A stretch of 64,000 nt of DNA from an uncultured Sneathiellales bacterium (lineage in GTDB: Bacteria; Pseudomonadota; Alphaproteobacteria; CAYFNG01). Both the position numbers and the translations under genes were made by a program. Location of the stretch: the NCBI GenBank assembly GCA_964344385.1, contig CAYFNG010000004.1, forward strand, positions 73,528 to 137,527. The letters are read 5' to 3'. This document shows positions 8,146 through 17,761 of the stretch, one piece after another (positions within the stretch are counted from its first letter, which is position 1; each line of letters opens with the position of its first letter). The notes beneath the pieces were generated by a model, which was not told the origin of the DNA, made no database searches, and saw only the letters and a program-made list of their open reading frames with translations.

Positions 8146-10230
8146 TCAACCGGACCGAAGCAGCCTGACCCCCTCATCCAGCCTGAACAGGTAGAGCAAG
8201 GTCCTCAGGGCCTTGCCGCGTTCGCTTTCCAGCGTCGGGTCGCGGGTTAGGATCAGCCCTGCATCGTCGCGTGCGGTTTCCAGCAAATCGCCATGACACG
8301 CCAAATCGGCCAGGTGGAAATCGGGGACGCCGCTCTGCCGGGTTCCCAACACTTCGCCACCGCCGCGCAGCTTGAGGTCGGTTTCGGCGATCCGAAAGCC
8401 ATCCTCGGTCTCGCGCATCACCTGCAGTCGCTGGCGCGCCGTTTCGCCGATGGGCGAGGCGTATAGCAGCAGACAGGTGCCAGGACGGCCACCGCGCCCG
8501 ACCCGTCCCCGCAGCTGATGCAATTGCGCCAGACCGAAGCGCTCGGCATGTTCGACCACCATGATGGTGGCATCGGCGACATCGACCCCAACCTCGATCA
8601 CCGTGGTTGCGACCAGGACCGCGGTTTCGCCCTCGGCGAATTCGGTCATGACCCGGTCCTTGTCCGTGGCCTTCATCTGGCCGTGCACCAGACCGACTCG
8701 GTCTTTCAAAACGGCATGCAGCACGTCATAGCGTTCCTCGGCCGCGGCCAGGTCGCTTTCCTCCGACTCACTGACCAGCGGGCAGACCCAGTAGACCTTG
8801 GCGCCGCTATTGGCGGCGCCAACCACGCGTTCGATTACCTCCGGCAACCGCGACAGCGCGATCACCCTGGTAACCACCGGGGCTCGGCCCGGCGGTTTTT
8901 CGTCGAGCCGGGACACGTCCATGTCGCCATAGGCGGTCAGGGTCAGGGTGCGCGGGATTGGGGTTGCGGTCATGACCAGCACGTCGACCGGCTGGGCGCC
9001 CTTGCCGGCCAGGCTGAGCCGCTGGTGGACCCCGAAGCGGTGCTGCTCGTCGATCACCGCCACCGCCAGGTCGCGGAAGGCGACATCCTGTTGGAATACG
9101 GCATGGGTGCCGACCAATAAGTCGATTTCGCCGGCCGCCAGTCGCGCCAACAGCGCCTCCCGGCCCTTGCCCTTGTCGCGCCCGGTCAACAGCTCCAGCG
9201 AGACACCGGCAGTGTCGGCCAACGGTTTAAGCCCAGCAAAGTGCTGGCGGGCCAATATCTCGGTCGGTGCCATCAGGACCGCCTGACAGCCGGCCTCGAC
9301 CGCAATCAGCATGGCCAGCAACGCGACGACCGTCTTGCCGCTGCCAACGTCACCCTGCAACAGGCGTAACATGCGGTTGGAGGCGGCCAGGTCAGCCGCG
9401 ATTTCACCGATCACCCGAGCTTGCGCCGACGTCAACTGATAGGGCAGGGCATCGACGACCTTGTCGCGCAGGCGGCCGTCACCGACCAGGGTGCGGCCGC
9501 GGCCCGCCCGTTGCCGGGCTCGGATCAACGCCAACGCCAATTGGTTGGCCAGTAATTCGTCATAGGCCAGGCGGCGGCGAGGCGCTGAGTCCGGCAGCAG
9601 GTCCGCATCGCATTGCGGCTGGTGGGCGGCGTGCAGGGCGCTGTGCCAAGACGGCCATTGCTGGCGGCGGCGATACTCGGGGTCCAGCCATTCCGGCAGG
9701 TCCGAGGCGCGCGACACGGCGTCACCGATGGATTTGCGCAAACCTTTAGGCGTCAGGCCGGCGGTCAGGGGATAGGTCGGCTCGACGACTTCCAATTCGG
9801 ACCGGTCGGCCGGGGATGCGACATGGTCGGGATGCACCATCTGCAGCCGGTCGCCGAAATTTTCGAGGCGGCCGCTGACCACCCGCTGGCTGCCTTCGGG
9901 CAGGGTGCGTCGCAGATAGTCTTCGCGGCCGTGAAAGAAAACCAGCGTCATCGCACCGGTGTCGTCCGACACTTCGATCCGGTAGGGGGTTCGCTTGTTG
10001 GCGGGTACGAGGTGCCGGCCGACCGTGACGGTCAGGGTGGCGACGGTATCGGTGCGTGCGGCGTTGATCTTGGGGGCATAGCGGCGGTCGATCAGACCAC
10101 TGGGCAGGTGCCACAGCAGGTCGACGACGTCGGGCCCGCACAGTTTTTCAATCAGTTGGGCAATACGCGGGCCGACCCCTTTCAGCGTCGCAACCGGTGC
10201 AAACAGCGGATAAAGGATTTCCGGGCGCAT
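8146..10230 (-). CDS. recG: ATP-dependent DNA helicase RecG
   Basis: Wedge domain plus superfamily-2 helicase motifs (GDVGSGKT, DEQHRFG, TATPIPRT) over 694 aa. Confidence 0.9.
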   Translation of the reverse strand: MRPEILYPLFAPVATLKGVGPRIAQLIEKLCGPDVVDLLWHLPSGLIDRRYAPKINAARTDTVATLTVTVGRHLVPANKRTPYRIEVSDDTGAMTLVFFHGREDYLRRTLPEGSQRVVSGRLENFGDRLQMVHPDHVASPADRSELEVVEPTYPLTAGLTPKGLRKSIGDAVSRASDLPEWLDPEYRRRQQWPSWHSALHAAHQPQCDADLLPDSAPRRRLAYDELLANQLALALIRARQRAGRGRTLVGDGRLRDKVVDALPYQLTSAQARVIGEIAADLAASNRMLRLLQGDVGSGKTVVALLAMLIAVEAGCQAVLMAPTEILARQHFAGLKPLADTAGVSLELLTGRDKGKGREALLARLAAGEIDLLVGTHAVFQQDVAFRDLAVAVIDEQHRFGVHQRLSLAGKGAQPVDVLVMTATPIPRTLTLTAYGDMDVSRLDEKPPGRAPVVTRVIALSRLPEVIERVVGAANSGAKVYWVCPLVSESEESDLAAAEERYDVLHAVLKDRVGLVHGQMKATDKDRVMTEFAEGETAVLVATTVIEVGVDVADATIMVVEHAERFGLAQLHQLRGRVGRGGRPGTCLLLYASPIGETARQRLQVMRETEDGFRIAETDLKLRGGGEVLGTRQSGVPDFHLADLACHGDLLETARDDAGLILTRDPTLESERGKALRTLLYLFRLDEGVRLLRSG

Positions 10231-10287
10231 GGTCTGCCGCGATCCGATCCCCCTCGGTGTCCGAAAACGCGATGGCGCCGCCGCAGC

Positions 10288-10512
10288 CTATTGCGATCCG
10301 GTCTGTTTGCTGCTGCTGACGACCCGCAGATCCTCGGTCAGGAAGTCATAATGCTCGGCCAGCCCGTCGAACTCCTCAGGCGCGGTGGTAATGCCAAGCT
10401 CGGCGGCCGCGAACAGGGCCTGGAAATAGGCTTCCCGCGCGTTGATCAGGCGCTTGGTCGCCCGCGCGGCATCCTCGGCATAGCCTTCCCGGTACAGTTT
10501 CGGGGTTTTCAT
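10288..10512 (-). CDS. hypothetical small protein (74 aa) upstream of recG
   Basis: ORF co-oriented with recG; no family recognised. Confidence 0.35.
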   Translation of the reverse strand: MKTPKLYREGYAEDAARATKRLINAREAYFQALFAAAELGITTAPEEFDGLAEHYDFLTEDLRVVSSSKQTGSQ

Positions 10513-10734
10513 AACGACACCTCAACGGCTTCATTTTTGTCATTGCGCGCGGCCCGACCTTCCGCGCGGCGGAACACCCATTATAGCCCGAAACCGCGTT
10601 CGGGGCATCGGCAAAGCGTCCGGGGAGCGTCGGTTCCTGTGGATAGTAACCATAATAGGGGCCGGCCAAGCAATGGGCTGACAGGCCCGCCCGAACCGGA
10701 TATATCACAGCCTCCAGACCGGTAAGGGGCGGAA

Positions 10735-10998
10735 ATGAACGACGATTTGACCACCAAGCGCAAACGCCTGCGGTTTCGCAGCTGGCATCGCGGAACCAAG
10801 GAACTGGACCTGCTTCTGGGCCGCTTCGCCGAGCGCTATTTGGATGGCTTCGGGCCACAGGAACTGGACCAGTATGAGGCGCTTCTGGGTGAAACCGATC
10901 CCGACCTCTACAATTGGGCCTGTGGCAAGGAAACGCCACCCGACGATCGGCGGACGCCGGTTCTCGAGTTATATCTGAACTTCAAATTTTACGAATAA
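10735..10998 (+). CDS. sdhE: succinate dehydrogenase assembly factor SdhE (DUF339 / FAD assembly factor)
   Basis: 87 aa with the WHRGTKELDLLL (RGxxE) motif. The recG-sdhE-mfd synteny is conserved in alphaproteobacteria. Confidence 0.7.
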   Translation: MNDDLTTKRKRLRFRSWHRGTKELDLLLGRFAERYLDGFGPQELDQYEALLGETDPDLYNWACGKETPPDDRRTPVLELYLNFKFYE

Positions 10999-11001
10999 GG
11001 C

Positions 11002-14000
11002 TTGGAAAACCTGGATAAAATACTGTCCGAGGCCGGCCCGATCGAAGTTGCCGGCGCGCCGGAGGGTTTTGACGCGATATTTGTCGCCACCTTGGCACGC
11101 AGGGCCGGAACGGCGCTGCATGTGGCGCGCGACGACGCCCGCCTGGCGGCCATGACCGAGTCCGTGCGGTATTTCGACCCGGACCTTAAATCGGTTGCCG
11201 TGCCGGCCTGGGACTGCCTGCCCTTTGACAGGGTGTCGCCCAACCCTGAGCTGGCCAGCCGGCGCATGGCGGCGTTGGGGGCCCTGGCGGGCCGGCACGG
11301 GTCCGAACCGCTGCTGGTCATCACCACGATCAATGCGTTGCTGCAACGGGTGCCGCCCAGGGACCTGCTGGTCACCGCCACCTTTGCCGTGACCGTCGGT
11401 GACCGTCTGGAGGTCGAGCAACTGGTTCGTTTCCTTGAGGGCAATGGCTACAGCCGCACCGGCACGGTCATGGAAGCCGGCGAGTTCGCGGTGCGCGGCG
11501 GCTTGGTGGACATCTTCCCGCCCGGCCAGACGGAGCCGGTCCGTATCGACATGTTTGGCGACAGTGTCGATGGAATGCGCCGGTTCGATCCCTTGACCCA
11601 ACGGACCACGGCCAAGGAGAAGGAGTTGCGCCTTGGGCCGGTGTCGGAAGTGATGCTGGACCAAACTTCCATCAATCGGTTTCGCGGTGGCTACCGTCAG
11701 CATTTTGGCACCGTGACCGACGGCGACCCCCTGTACGAGTCGGTGTCCGAGGGGCGCAAGCATGTCGGCATGGAACATTGGCTGCCCCTGTTCCAGGATC
11801 GCCTTGAAACCCTGTTCGATTTTCTGCCGGACAGCCCGGTCCTGCTCGACCGTCATATCGACGAGGCGCGGGCGGCACGCCTGGAGCAGATCGCCGAATA
11901 CTATGACAACCGCGTGGCGGCCCGGAAAAAGGCGTTCGGCGATTTGCAGGTCGACTACAAGCCATTGCCGCCTGGCCTCCTTTATCTCGATGAGCCCGAA
12001 TGGGAGGAACGCCTGGCGGGCAGGGCGGTGTGCCGCCTCAACCCCTTCGCGGTGCCGGACAGCGACCGCCCCGTCTTCGAGGCCGGCGGCCGGCCGGGGC
12101 GCGATTTCGCGCCGGAACGCAGCCAGGGACGGAACGTCTACGAAGCCCTGCACGACCATGCCGCCGACCTGGTCGGGCGCGGCCGGCAATTGGTGGTCGC
12201 CAGTTATTCGGCCGGTGCCCGGGAAAGGCTGGCACTGGTGCTCGCCGACCACGGGCTCGCAGCGACCCGCAAGGTGGAGAGCTGGCAGGAGGCGCTGAAC
12301 GTCGAGCCCAGCCTGGTGCCGCTGATCGTGCTTGGCCTGGAACGCGGTTTCGAGACCGACCAGGTTGCGGTGGTCGGTGAGCAGGACCTGCTGGGCGACC
12401 GGCTGGTGCGTCCCCGGCGCGGGTCGCGCCACGGCGAAGCGGCACTGACCGAGGCCGCGTCCCTGTCGACGGGTGACTATGTGGTTCATTTCGACCATGG
12501 CATCGGCCGCTATGAGGGCTTGCAGACCTTGGACATCACCGGTGCGCCGCATGATTGCCTGCTGGTGGTCTATGACGGCGGCGACAAGCTGTTCGTCCCG
12601 GTCGAAAACATCGAAGTTCTGTCGCGGTTCGGCGGTGACAGTGCCCAGGTGGCGCTGGACCGGCTGGGCGGTACCGCCTGGCAGGCCCGTAAGGCACGGG
12701 CCAAGAAGCGCATCCGCGACATGGCCGACGTGCTGATCAGGATCGCCGCCGAGCGGGCCCTGCGCCAGGGCCAGGTGATGACCCCGCCCGAGGGGCTTTA
12801 CGACGAATTCTGCGCCCGCTTCCCCTATGCCGAGACCGAGGACCAGATGCGGGCCATCGAGGATGTGGTGACCGATCTGGGATCGGGCCGGCCGATGGAC
12901 CGGCTGGTCTGCGGCGATGTCGGCTTCGGCAAGACCGAGGTCGCCCTGCGCAGCGCGGTGATTACCGCCATGGCCGGGCAACAGGTGGCGGTCGTCGCGC
13001 CGACCACCTTGCTCAGCCGTCAGCACTTCCAGACCTTCAGCGAACGTTTCCGGGGCCTGCCGATCAAGATCGGACAACTCTCGCGCATGGTATCGACCAA
13101 GGAGGCGAATGCGGTAAGCGACGGGATCAAGAGCGGCGATATCGATGTCGCCATCGGAACCCACGCCCTGTTGGGCAAGGCGGTCAAGTTTCGGGACCTT
13201 GGACTTCTGGTCATCGACGAGGAACAGCATTTCGGGGTGGCCCACAAGGAGCGGCTGAAGCAGATGCGGGCCGATGTGCATGTGCTGACCCTGACCGCGA
13301 CGCCGATCCCCCGGACCCTGCAAATGGCTCTCAGCGGGGTTCGTGAATTGAGTCTGATCGCCACCGCGCCGGTCGATCGCCTGGCCATCCGCACCTTTGT
13401 CCTGCCCTTCGACCCGGTGGTGGTGCGGGAAGCGTTGCTGCGCGAGCATTTTCGCGGCGGCCAGAGCTTCTATGTCTGCCCGCGGATCGCCGACCTGCCC
13501 GAAGCCGAGGCCTTCCTGGCCGAGCACGTGCCAGAGGTCAAGGTGGCCAAGGCCCATGGCCGCCTGCCGGCCAGGGAACTCGACCAGGTGATGAACGCGT
13601 TTTACAACGGGGCCTTCGATGTCCTGTTGTGCACCAACATCGTCGAGTCCGGCCTCGACATTCCCAGCGCCAATACCTTGGTCGTGCACCGGGCCGATAT
13701 GTTCGGGCTCTCGCAGCTGTACCAGATCCGGGGGCGGATCGGCCGATCGAAGATCCGTGCCTATGCCTATCTGACGGTGCCGCCGCGCAAACGGCCGACC
13801 GCAGCGGCGGAAAAGCGGCTAAGGGTGCTGCAGGCGTTGGACAGCCTGGGCGCCGGCTTCAGCCTGGCCAGCCACGATCTCGATATTCGCGGCGCAGGCA
13901 ACCTGTTGGGCGAGGAGCAGTCGGGCCATATCCGCGAGGTCGGCTACGAACTTTACCAGGAACTTCTCGAGGAAGCGGTGGCGCAGGCCCGGGGCGGCAC

Positions 14001-14484
14001 GGCGCTGGACGAGGCGGACGACCGTTGGTCGCCGCAGATCAACCTGGGCACGGCGGTGCTGATCCCGGACACTTATGTCGAGGATCTGAGCTTGCGGTTG
14101 GAACTCTACCGGCGGGTTGCGCGGCTGGACGGGCGCGAGGAGGTCGACGCCTTCGCCGCCGAGCTGATCGACCGGTTCGGTCCGTTGCCGGCGGAAGTCG
14201 AGCACCTGTTGGATGTCGTCGTCATCAAGGGGTTCTGCCGCCGGGCCGGGATCGACAAGGTCGAGGCGGGCCCGCGCGGCGCCACCCTGTCTTTCCGTAA
14301 CAACAATTTCGCCAATCCAGCCGGCCTGGTGCAGTTCATCTCGAAGCAGGCGGCGACCGCCAAGTTGCGGCCCGACCACCGCCTGGTCTATCGCCGCCAT
14401 TGGGACACCGCCCAGCAGCGCCAGGAGGGTGTGCGTCACCTGGTCCGGGAACTCGCCAAGATCGCGGACGTGGATTCAGTCTAG
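11002..14484 (+). CDS. mfd: transcription-repair coupling factor Mfd
   Basis: 1160 aa with a UvrB-homology N-terminus, RNAP-interacting domain, superfamily-2 translocase motifs (GDVGFGKTEVA, DEEQHFGV, TATPIPRT) and a TRCF C-terminal domain. Confidence 0.95.
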   Translation: MENLDKILSEAGPIEVAGAPEGFDAIFVATLARRAGTALHVARDDARLAAMTESVRYFDPDLKSVAVPAWDCLPFDRVSPNPELASRRMAALGALAGRHGSEPLLVITTINALLQRVPPRDLLVTATFAVTVGDRLEVEQLVRFLEGNGYSRTGTVMEAGEFAVRGGLVDIFPPGQTEPVRIDMFGDSVDGMRRFDPLTQRTTAKEKELRLGPVSEVMLDQTSINRFRGGYRQHFGTVTDGDPLYESVSEGRKHVGMEHWLPLFQDRLETLFDFLPDSPVLLDRHIDEARAARLEQIAEYYDNRVAARKKAFGDLQVDYKPLPPGLLYLDEPEWEERLAGRAVCRLNPFAVPDSDRPVFEAGGRPGRDFAPERSQGRNVYEALHDHAADLVGRGRQLVVASYSAGARERLALVLADHGLAATRKVESWQEALNVEPSLVPLIVLGLERGFETDQVAVVGEQDLLGDRLVRPRRGSRHGEAALTEAASLSTGDYVVHFDHGIGRYEGLQTLDITGAPHDCLLVVYDGGDKLFVPVENIEVLSRFGGDSAQVALDRLGGTAWQARKARAKKRIRDMADVLIRIAAERALRQGQVMTPPEGLYDEFCARFPYAETEDQMRAIEDVVTDLGSGRPMDRLVCGDVGFGKTEVALRSAVITAMAGQQVAVVAPTTLLSRQHFQTFSERFRGLPIKIGQLSRMVSTKEANAVSDGIKSGDIDVAIGTHALLGKAVKFRDLGLLVIDEEQHFGVAHKERLKQMRADVHVLTLTATPIPRTLQMALSGVRELSLIATAPVDRLAIRTFVLPFDPVVVREALLREHFRGGQSFYVCPRIADLPEAEAFLAEHVPEVKVAKAHGRLPARELDQVMNAFYNGAFDVLLCTNIVESGLDIPSANTLVVHRADMFGLSQLYQIRGRIGRSKIRAYAYLTVPPRKRPTAAAEKRLRVLQALDSLGAGFSLASHDLDIRGAGNLLGEEQSGHIREVGYELYQELLEEAVAQARGGTALDEADDRWSPQINLGTAVLIPDTYVEDLSLRLELYRRVARLDGREEVDAFAAELIDRFGPLPAEVEHLLDVVVIKGFCRRAGIDKVEAGPRGATLSFRNNNFANPAGLVQFISKQAATAKLRPDHRLVYRRHWDTAQQRQEGVRHLVRELAKIADVDSV

Positions 14485-15134
14485 CCTGCCGGTGCCGTCG
14501 CCGTTTGGTCGCCGCGGGCCAGCATGTCGAACACCTGATGAAACACGCTGGCATCCTGGGCGCCCGAGACCGCGTACTTCTCACCGATCAGAAAACAGGG
14601 CACGCCCGAGATTCCCATTTCCCGCGCCGTCTCGTCCTCGCTGCGGATCAATTCCAGGTCGGACCCGTCGGCCAGCAATTGGGTGACCAGGTTGGTGTCC
14701 ATGCCGGCCTCACGTGCCGTGTCGGTCAGGACTGCGTGATCGCCGATATCCTCGCCTTCGAGGAAATAGCGGCGGAACAGGGCTTCGACTACCTGGTCCT
14801 GTTTGTCGGCGCTGCCCGCCCAGCGAATCAGCCGATGGGAATCCAGCGTGTTCGGGGTGCGTTTGATGGCGGCGAAATTGAAGTCGATACCTTCGCCACT
14901 GCCGGCTTCGGCGATCCGCTGATAGATCGCCTTGGCTTTGTCCTCGCCGCCGAACTTGGTGGAGACGTAGGTGGCGCGGTCCATGCCGCCGGCCGGCATG
15001 GTCGGGTTCAACTGGAAGGCCCGCCAGCGAATATCCAGCTTTAGGTCCGGGCGACCGGCGAGGGCGCGCTCCAACCGACGCTTGCCGATGAAGCACCAGG
15101 GACAGATGGTGTCCGATACGATGTCGAGCTGCAT
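14481..15134 (-). CDS. DsbA-family thiol:disulfide oxidoreductase (FrnE / 2-hydroxychromene-2-carboxylate isomerase-like)
   Basis: N-terminal CPWC motif (DTICPWCFIGKRR). Its stop overlaps the mfd stop convergently (CTAG). Confidence 0.8.
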   Translation of the reverse strand: MQLDIVSDTICPWCFIGKRRLERALAGRPDLKLDIRWRAFQLNPTMPAGGMDRATYVSTKFGGEDKAKAIYQRIAEAGSGEGIDFNFAAIKRTPNTLDSHRLIRWAGSADKQDQVVEALFRRYFLEGEDIGDHAVLTDTAREAGMDTNLVTQLLADGSDLELIRSEDETAREMGISGVPCFLIGEKYAVSGAQDASVFHQVFDMLARGDQTATAPAG

Positions 15135-15211
15135 GGCCGCAGTTTAGCCCCAAGGGCTCCGGGACGCGAGCCCGCGGCCATCACGTTCTTGCGAACATAC
15201 GGACCAGCTGT

Positions 15212-16537
15212 CTAGCAAAGGGTTTCGCGCGCCCGAGCCAACAGGGTCGTCGGATCGTCGCCGTGCTCCAGGCTGGCGCAGCCGGACGTCAGTTTGACTC
15301 GAAGCCCAGTTTCCGACTCGTCGATCGCGAATTCCGTCGAGGCTATGACGCCAGCAGTGCGGGTGACCGCGAAATTGGCAACTTCCGGCGCCGCGTCCGG
15401 CATCACGATGCAGACTTCATTGCCGCTCAAGCGGGCTGTCAGGTCCTCACCGCGAACCAGCGACACCGATAGCCCGCCGATCTGCTGCAACAGCCGGTCG
15501 CCGGCATCGTAGCCATAGGCGCGGTTGACGTCGTCGACGCCGGTGATCTTGACCACACCCACCGAAAGGTTCTTGTCTAGCCGATGCGCCTCGTGCACCA
15601 GGCTGGTCAGGTGGGACATCAGGAAGCCGTAGTTATAGAGGCCGGTCAAATAGTCGCAGGTTTGCAGCCGCCGGGCCTCGCGAAACAGACGTTGAAGGCC
15701 GGTGCGGTAGCGGTGCTGGCGGACCAGGGACATGGTCCGGTGGACCAGGTCGTCGGCCTTCCAGGGCGCGAATAGCACGTCATTGGCGCCGCAGCGATAG
15801 GGCTCGGCGGGATCGGCGAACAAGTCCGGTTGGGCCAGGACCAAGATCGGCAGATTGTAAAGCCGGGGGTTGTCGCGCACGTCGTCGCAGAGGTGCAGGA
15901 CGTCCACGTTCTCGTCGCCGCCGGTAACCAACAGAGCGTCGAACTGCTCTTGGTTCAAGCGCCGCAACGCGTCATGACCGGTGGTGCAGAAAGCCAGGCT
16001 GATGGTTTCTCCCAACAAGGCCGCGACTTCGCCGATTTCCTGTTTCCGCGAACCGGCCACCAACACCTTCGGGTCGGTGACTTCGCTCAACGGATTGACC
16101 GCCGTGATGTCGTGAACGCCGAACTTATGAAGCGTGGCGATGCGTTGGCGCAGTTCCTTTTCCATCGTGCTGAGCCGCACCAGATGATCCAGTCGCGCGA
16201 ACAGTTCCGCGTCGCCGAACGGGCGGGGCAAGAATTCGAAAGCGCTGCCGGCAAACCGTTCAGTAGTGGCCTGATAGTCGTTCGGATCGACGATCACGAT
16301 GATAGGAATGCCGCGGGTCTCGTCGTTCTTGACCATCTTGCGAGCGAAGTCGTCGTCGATGGCGTCGACACCATCCACCATGACCACGTCCGGTCGGTCG
16401 GTATTGGCGTGCCGGAATGCCTGGTACGAATCCGCCACCTGAGTGCCGCGGTAACCGCGCGCATTCAGGCTTTTGATCAGGGGCGCTGACAGCGCCGGGT
16501 CGTTTTCGACGACAAGAACCCGCGCAACGCAAGACAT
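15212..16537 (-). CDS. PleD/PopA-like response regulator: REC - degenerate REC - GGDEF domain with a degenerate active site (SGNEV) and conserved I-site RGED
   Basis: REC1 has the acidic pocket (VVEND...VVMVDGVD). REC2 lacks the acidic pair. The GGDEF-domain block RGEDLTARLSGNEVCIVMPD aligns to PleD RESDLLARYGGEEFVVIMPD. Confidence 0.75.
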   Translation of the reverse strand: MSCVARVLVVENDPALSAPLIKSLNARGYRGTQVADSYQAFRHANTDRPDVVMVDGVDAIDDDFARKMVKNDETRGIPIIVIVDPNDYQATTERFAGSAFEFLPRPFGDAELFARLDHLVRLSTMEKELRQRIATLHKFGVHDITAVNPLSEVTDPKVLVAGSRKQEIGEVAALLGETISLAFCTTGHDALRRLNQEQFDALLVTGGDENVDVLHLCDDVRDNPRLYNLPILVLAQPDLFADPAEPYRCGANDVLFAPWKADDLVHRTMSLVRQHRYRTGLQRLFREARRLQTCDYLTGLYNYGFLMSHLTSLVHEAHRLDKNLSVGVVKITGVDDVNRAYGYDAGDRLLQQIGGLSVSLVRGEDLTARLSGNEVCIVMPDAAPEVANFAVTRTAGVIASTEFAIDESETGLRVKLTSGCASLEHGDDPTTLLARARETLC

Positions 16538-16645
16538 TCCAAATTAAACCCTGTAGAACCGAGGCATCATGACGTTAGGCGTGGTTGGTTAATATTGGGT
16601 TGCCAAGACCGGGCGAACCGGTGGATGTGAAGGGGAGGGGGGCAA

Positions 16646-17407
16646 ATGAGTGGACCGTTCATACTTGATGGTACGACGGCCCTGGTCACCGGTGCGTCGT
16701 CGGGGCTGGGACGGCAAGCGGCGCTGACCCTGGCTCGGGCCGGGGCCAAGGTCGCGCTGGCGGCGCGAAGGGTCGATCGGCTAGCCGATCTGGCGGCCGA
16801 AATCGAGGCGTTTGACGGCCGCGCCATGCCTTTGAAACTCGATGTGACCGATGCCGCCAATGTTGCCGAGGCGGTCGAGGCCGCCGAAACCGAACTCGGG
16901 CCGATCGGCGTGCTAATCAACAATTCGGGGGTCAGCGTCCAGAAACGGGCGGTCGATATCACCGAGGACGATTACGACTTCGTGATGGACACCAATACCA
17001 AGGGCGCATTCTTTGTCGCCAGGGAAGTCGGCCAACGCATGATCCAGCACAAGATCCCCGGCCGGATCATCAATGTCGCGTCGGTGGCGGCGATGCGGGT
17101 GCTGGGGCAATTGTCGGTCTATTGCATGTCGAAGGCGGCGGTTGCCCACATGACCCGGGCGTTGGCCCATGAATGGGCTCGCTATGGCATCAACGTCAAC
17201 GCGATCTGTCCCGGCTATATCGAGACCGAGATGAACAGCGCCTATTGGTCGACTGACGGCGGCCAGAAGCTGATCGGAATCCTGCCGCGCCGCCGGGTCG
17301 GCGAACCGGCCGACCTTGACGGGCTGCTGCTGCTGCTGTCCGGCCCAGACTCGCGGTTCATCACCGGTGCGGTTATCCCGGTCGACGACGGTTTGAGCGT
17401 CAGCTGA
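16646..17407 (+). CDS. SDR-family oxidoreductase
   Basis: TGASSGLG, NNSG, and YCMSKAAV catalytic Tyr/Lys. Confidence 0.85.
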   Translation: MSGPFILDGTTALVTGASSGLGRQAALTLARAGAKVALAARRVDRLADLAAEIEAFDGRAMPLKLDVTDAANVAEAVEAAETELGPIGVLINNSGVSVQKRAVDITEDDYDFVMDTNTKGAFFVAREVGQRMIQHKIPGRIINVASVAAMRVLGQLSVYCMSKAAVAHMTRALAHEWARYGINVNAICPGYIETEMNSAYWSTDGGQKLIGILPRRRVGEPADLDGLLLLLSGPDSRFITGAVIPVDDGLSVS

Positions 17408-17701
17408 GCCGGATCGTTTCGCGAATTTCGCGAGTTTTCCGCCGATTTCCACACAACTTCCGAGCGCCGGGCGACCTGGCCAAAATTGGAACAGTGTCCA
17501 AATGAGGACAAAATAAGGCAGCCTTGATGGTCAAAGCGAGACAAGTTGCTGCCCAGCAAGGCTGTGAAAATCACCGGCGCAAGCTTTTAGAAAGGCTTCG
17601 GTTAGACCGCGAATTTCAATAGCAAATTTTTCGACCCGTTCACGAGACCTGCAACGCAAAATAGCAGGATCATCTGGAATATCCCTCAAACAATGCACAG
17701 C

Positions 17702-17716
17702 TGGCACGGAGTTTGC
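17702..17716 (+). promoter_or_regulatory. candidate sigma54 (-24/-12) promoter TGGCAC-N5-TTGC, about 45 nt upstream of the SleB-like gene
   Basis: The sequence ctGGCACggagtTTGCtg is an exact match to the GG-N10-GC consensus core. Confidence 0.45.
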
Positions 17717-17761
17717 TGCACACCTATCCGTAGCCTGTCGTAACCACGGATTGGAAGGTCC

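Noticed and set aside
6305-8149. 614-aa minus-strand ORF
   Set aside because: Antisense shadow of the dehalogenase-like and DUF502 genes. Proline/arginine-rich low-complexity translation with no recognisable domain.
10969-13689. 906-aa minus-strand ORF
   Set aside because: Antisense to mfd, whose helicase motifs are unambiguous on the plus strand.
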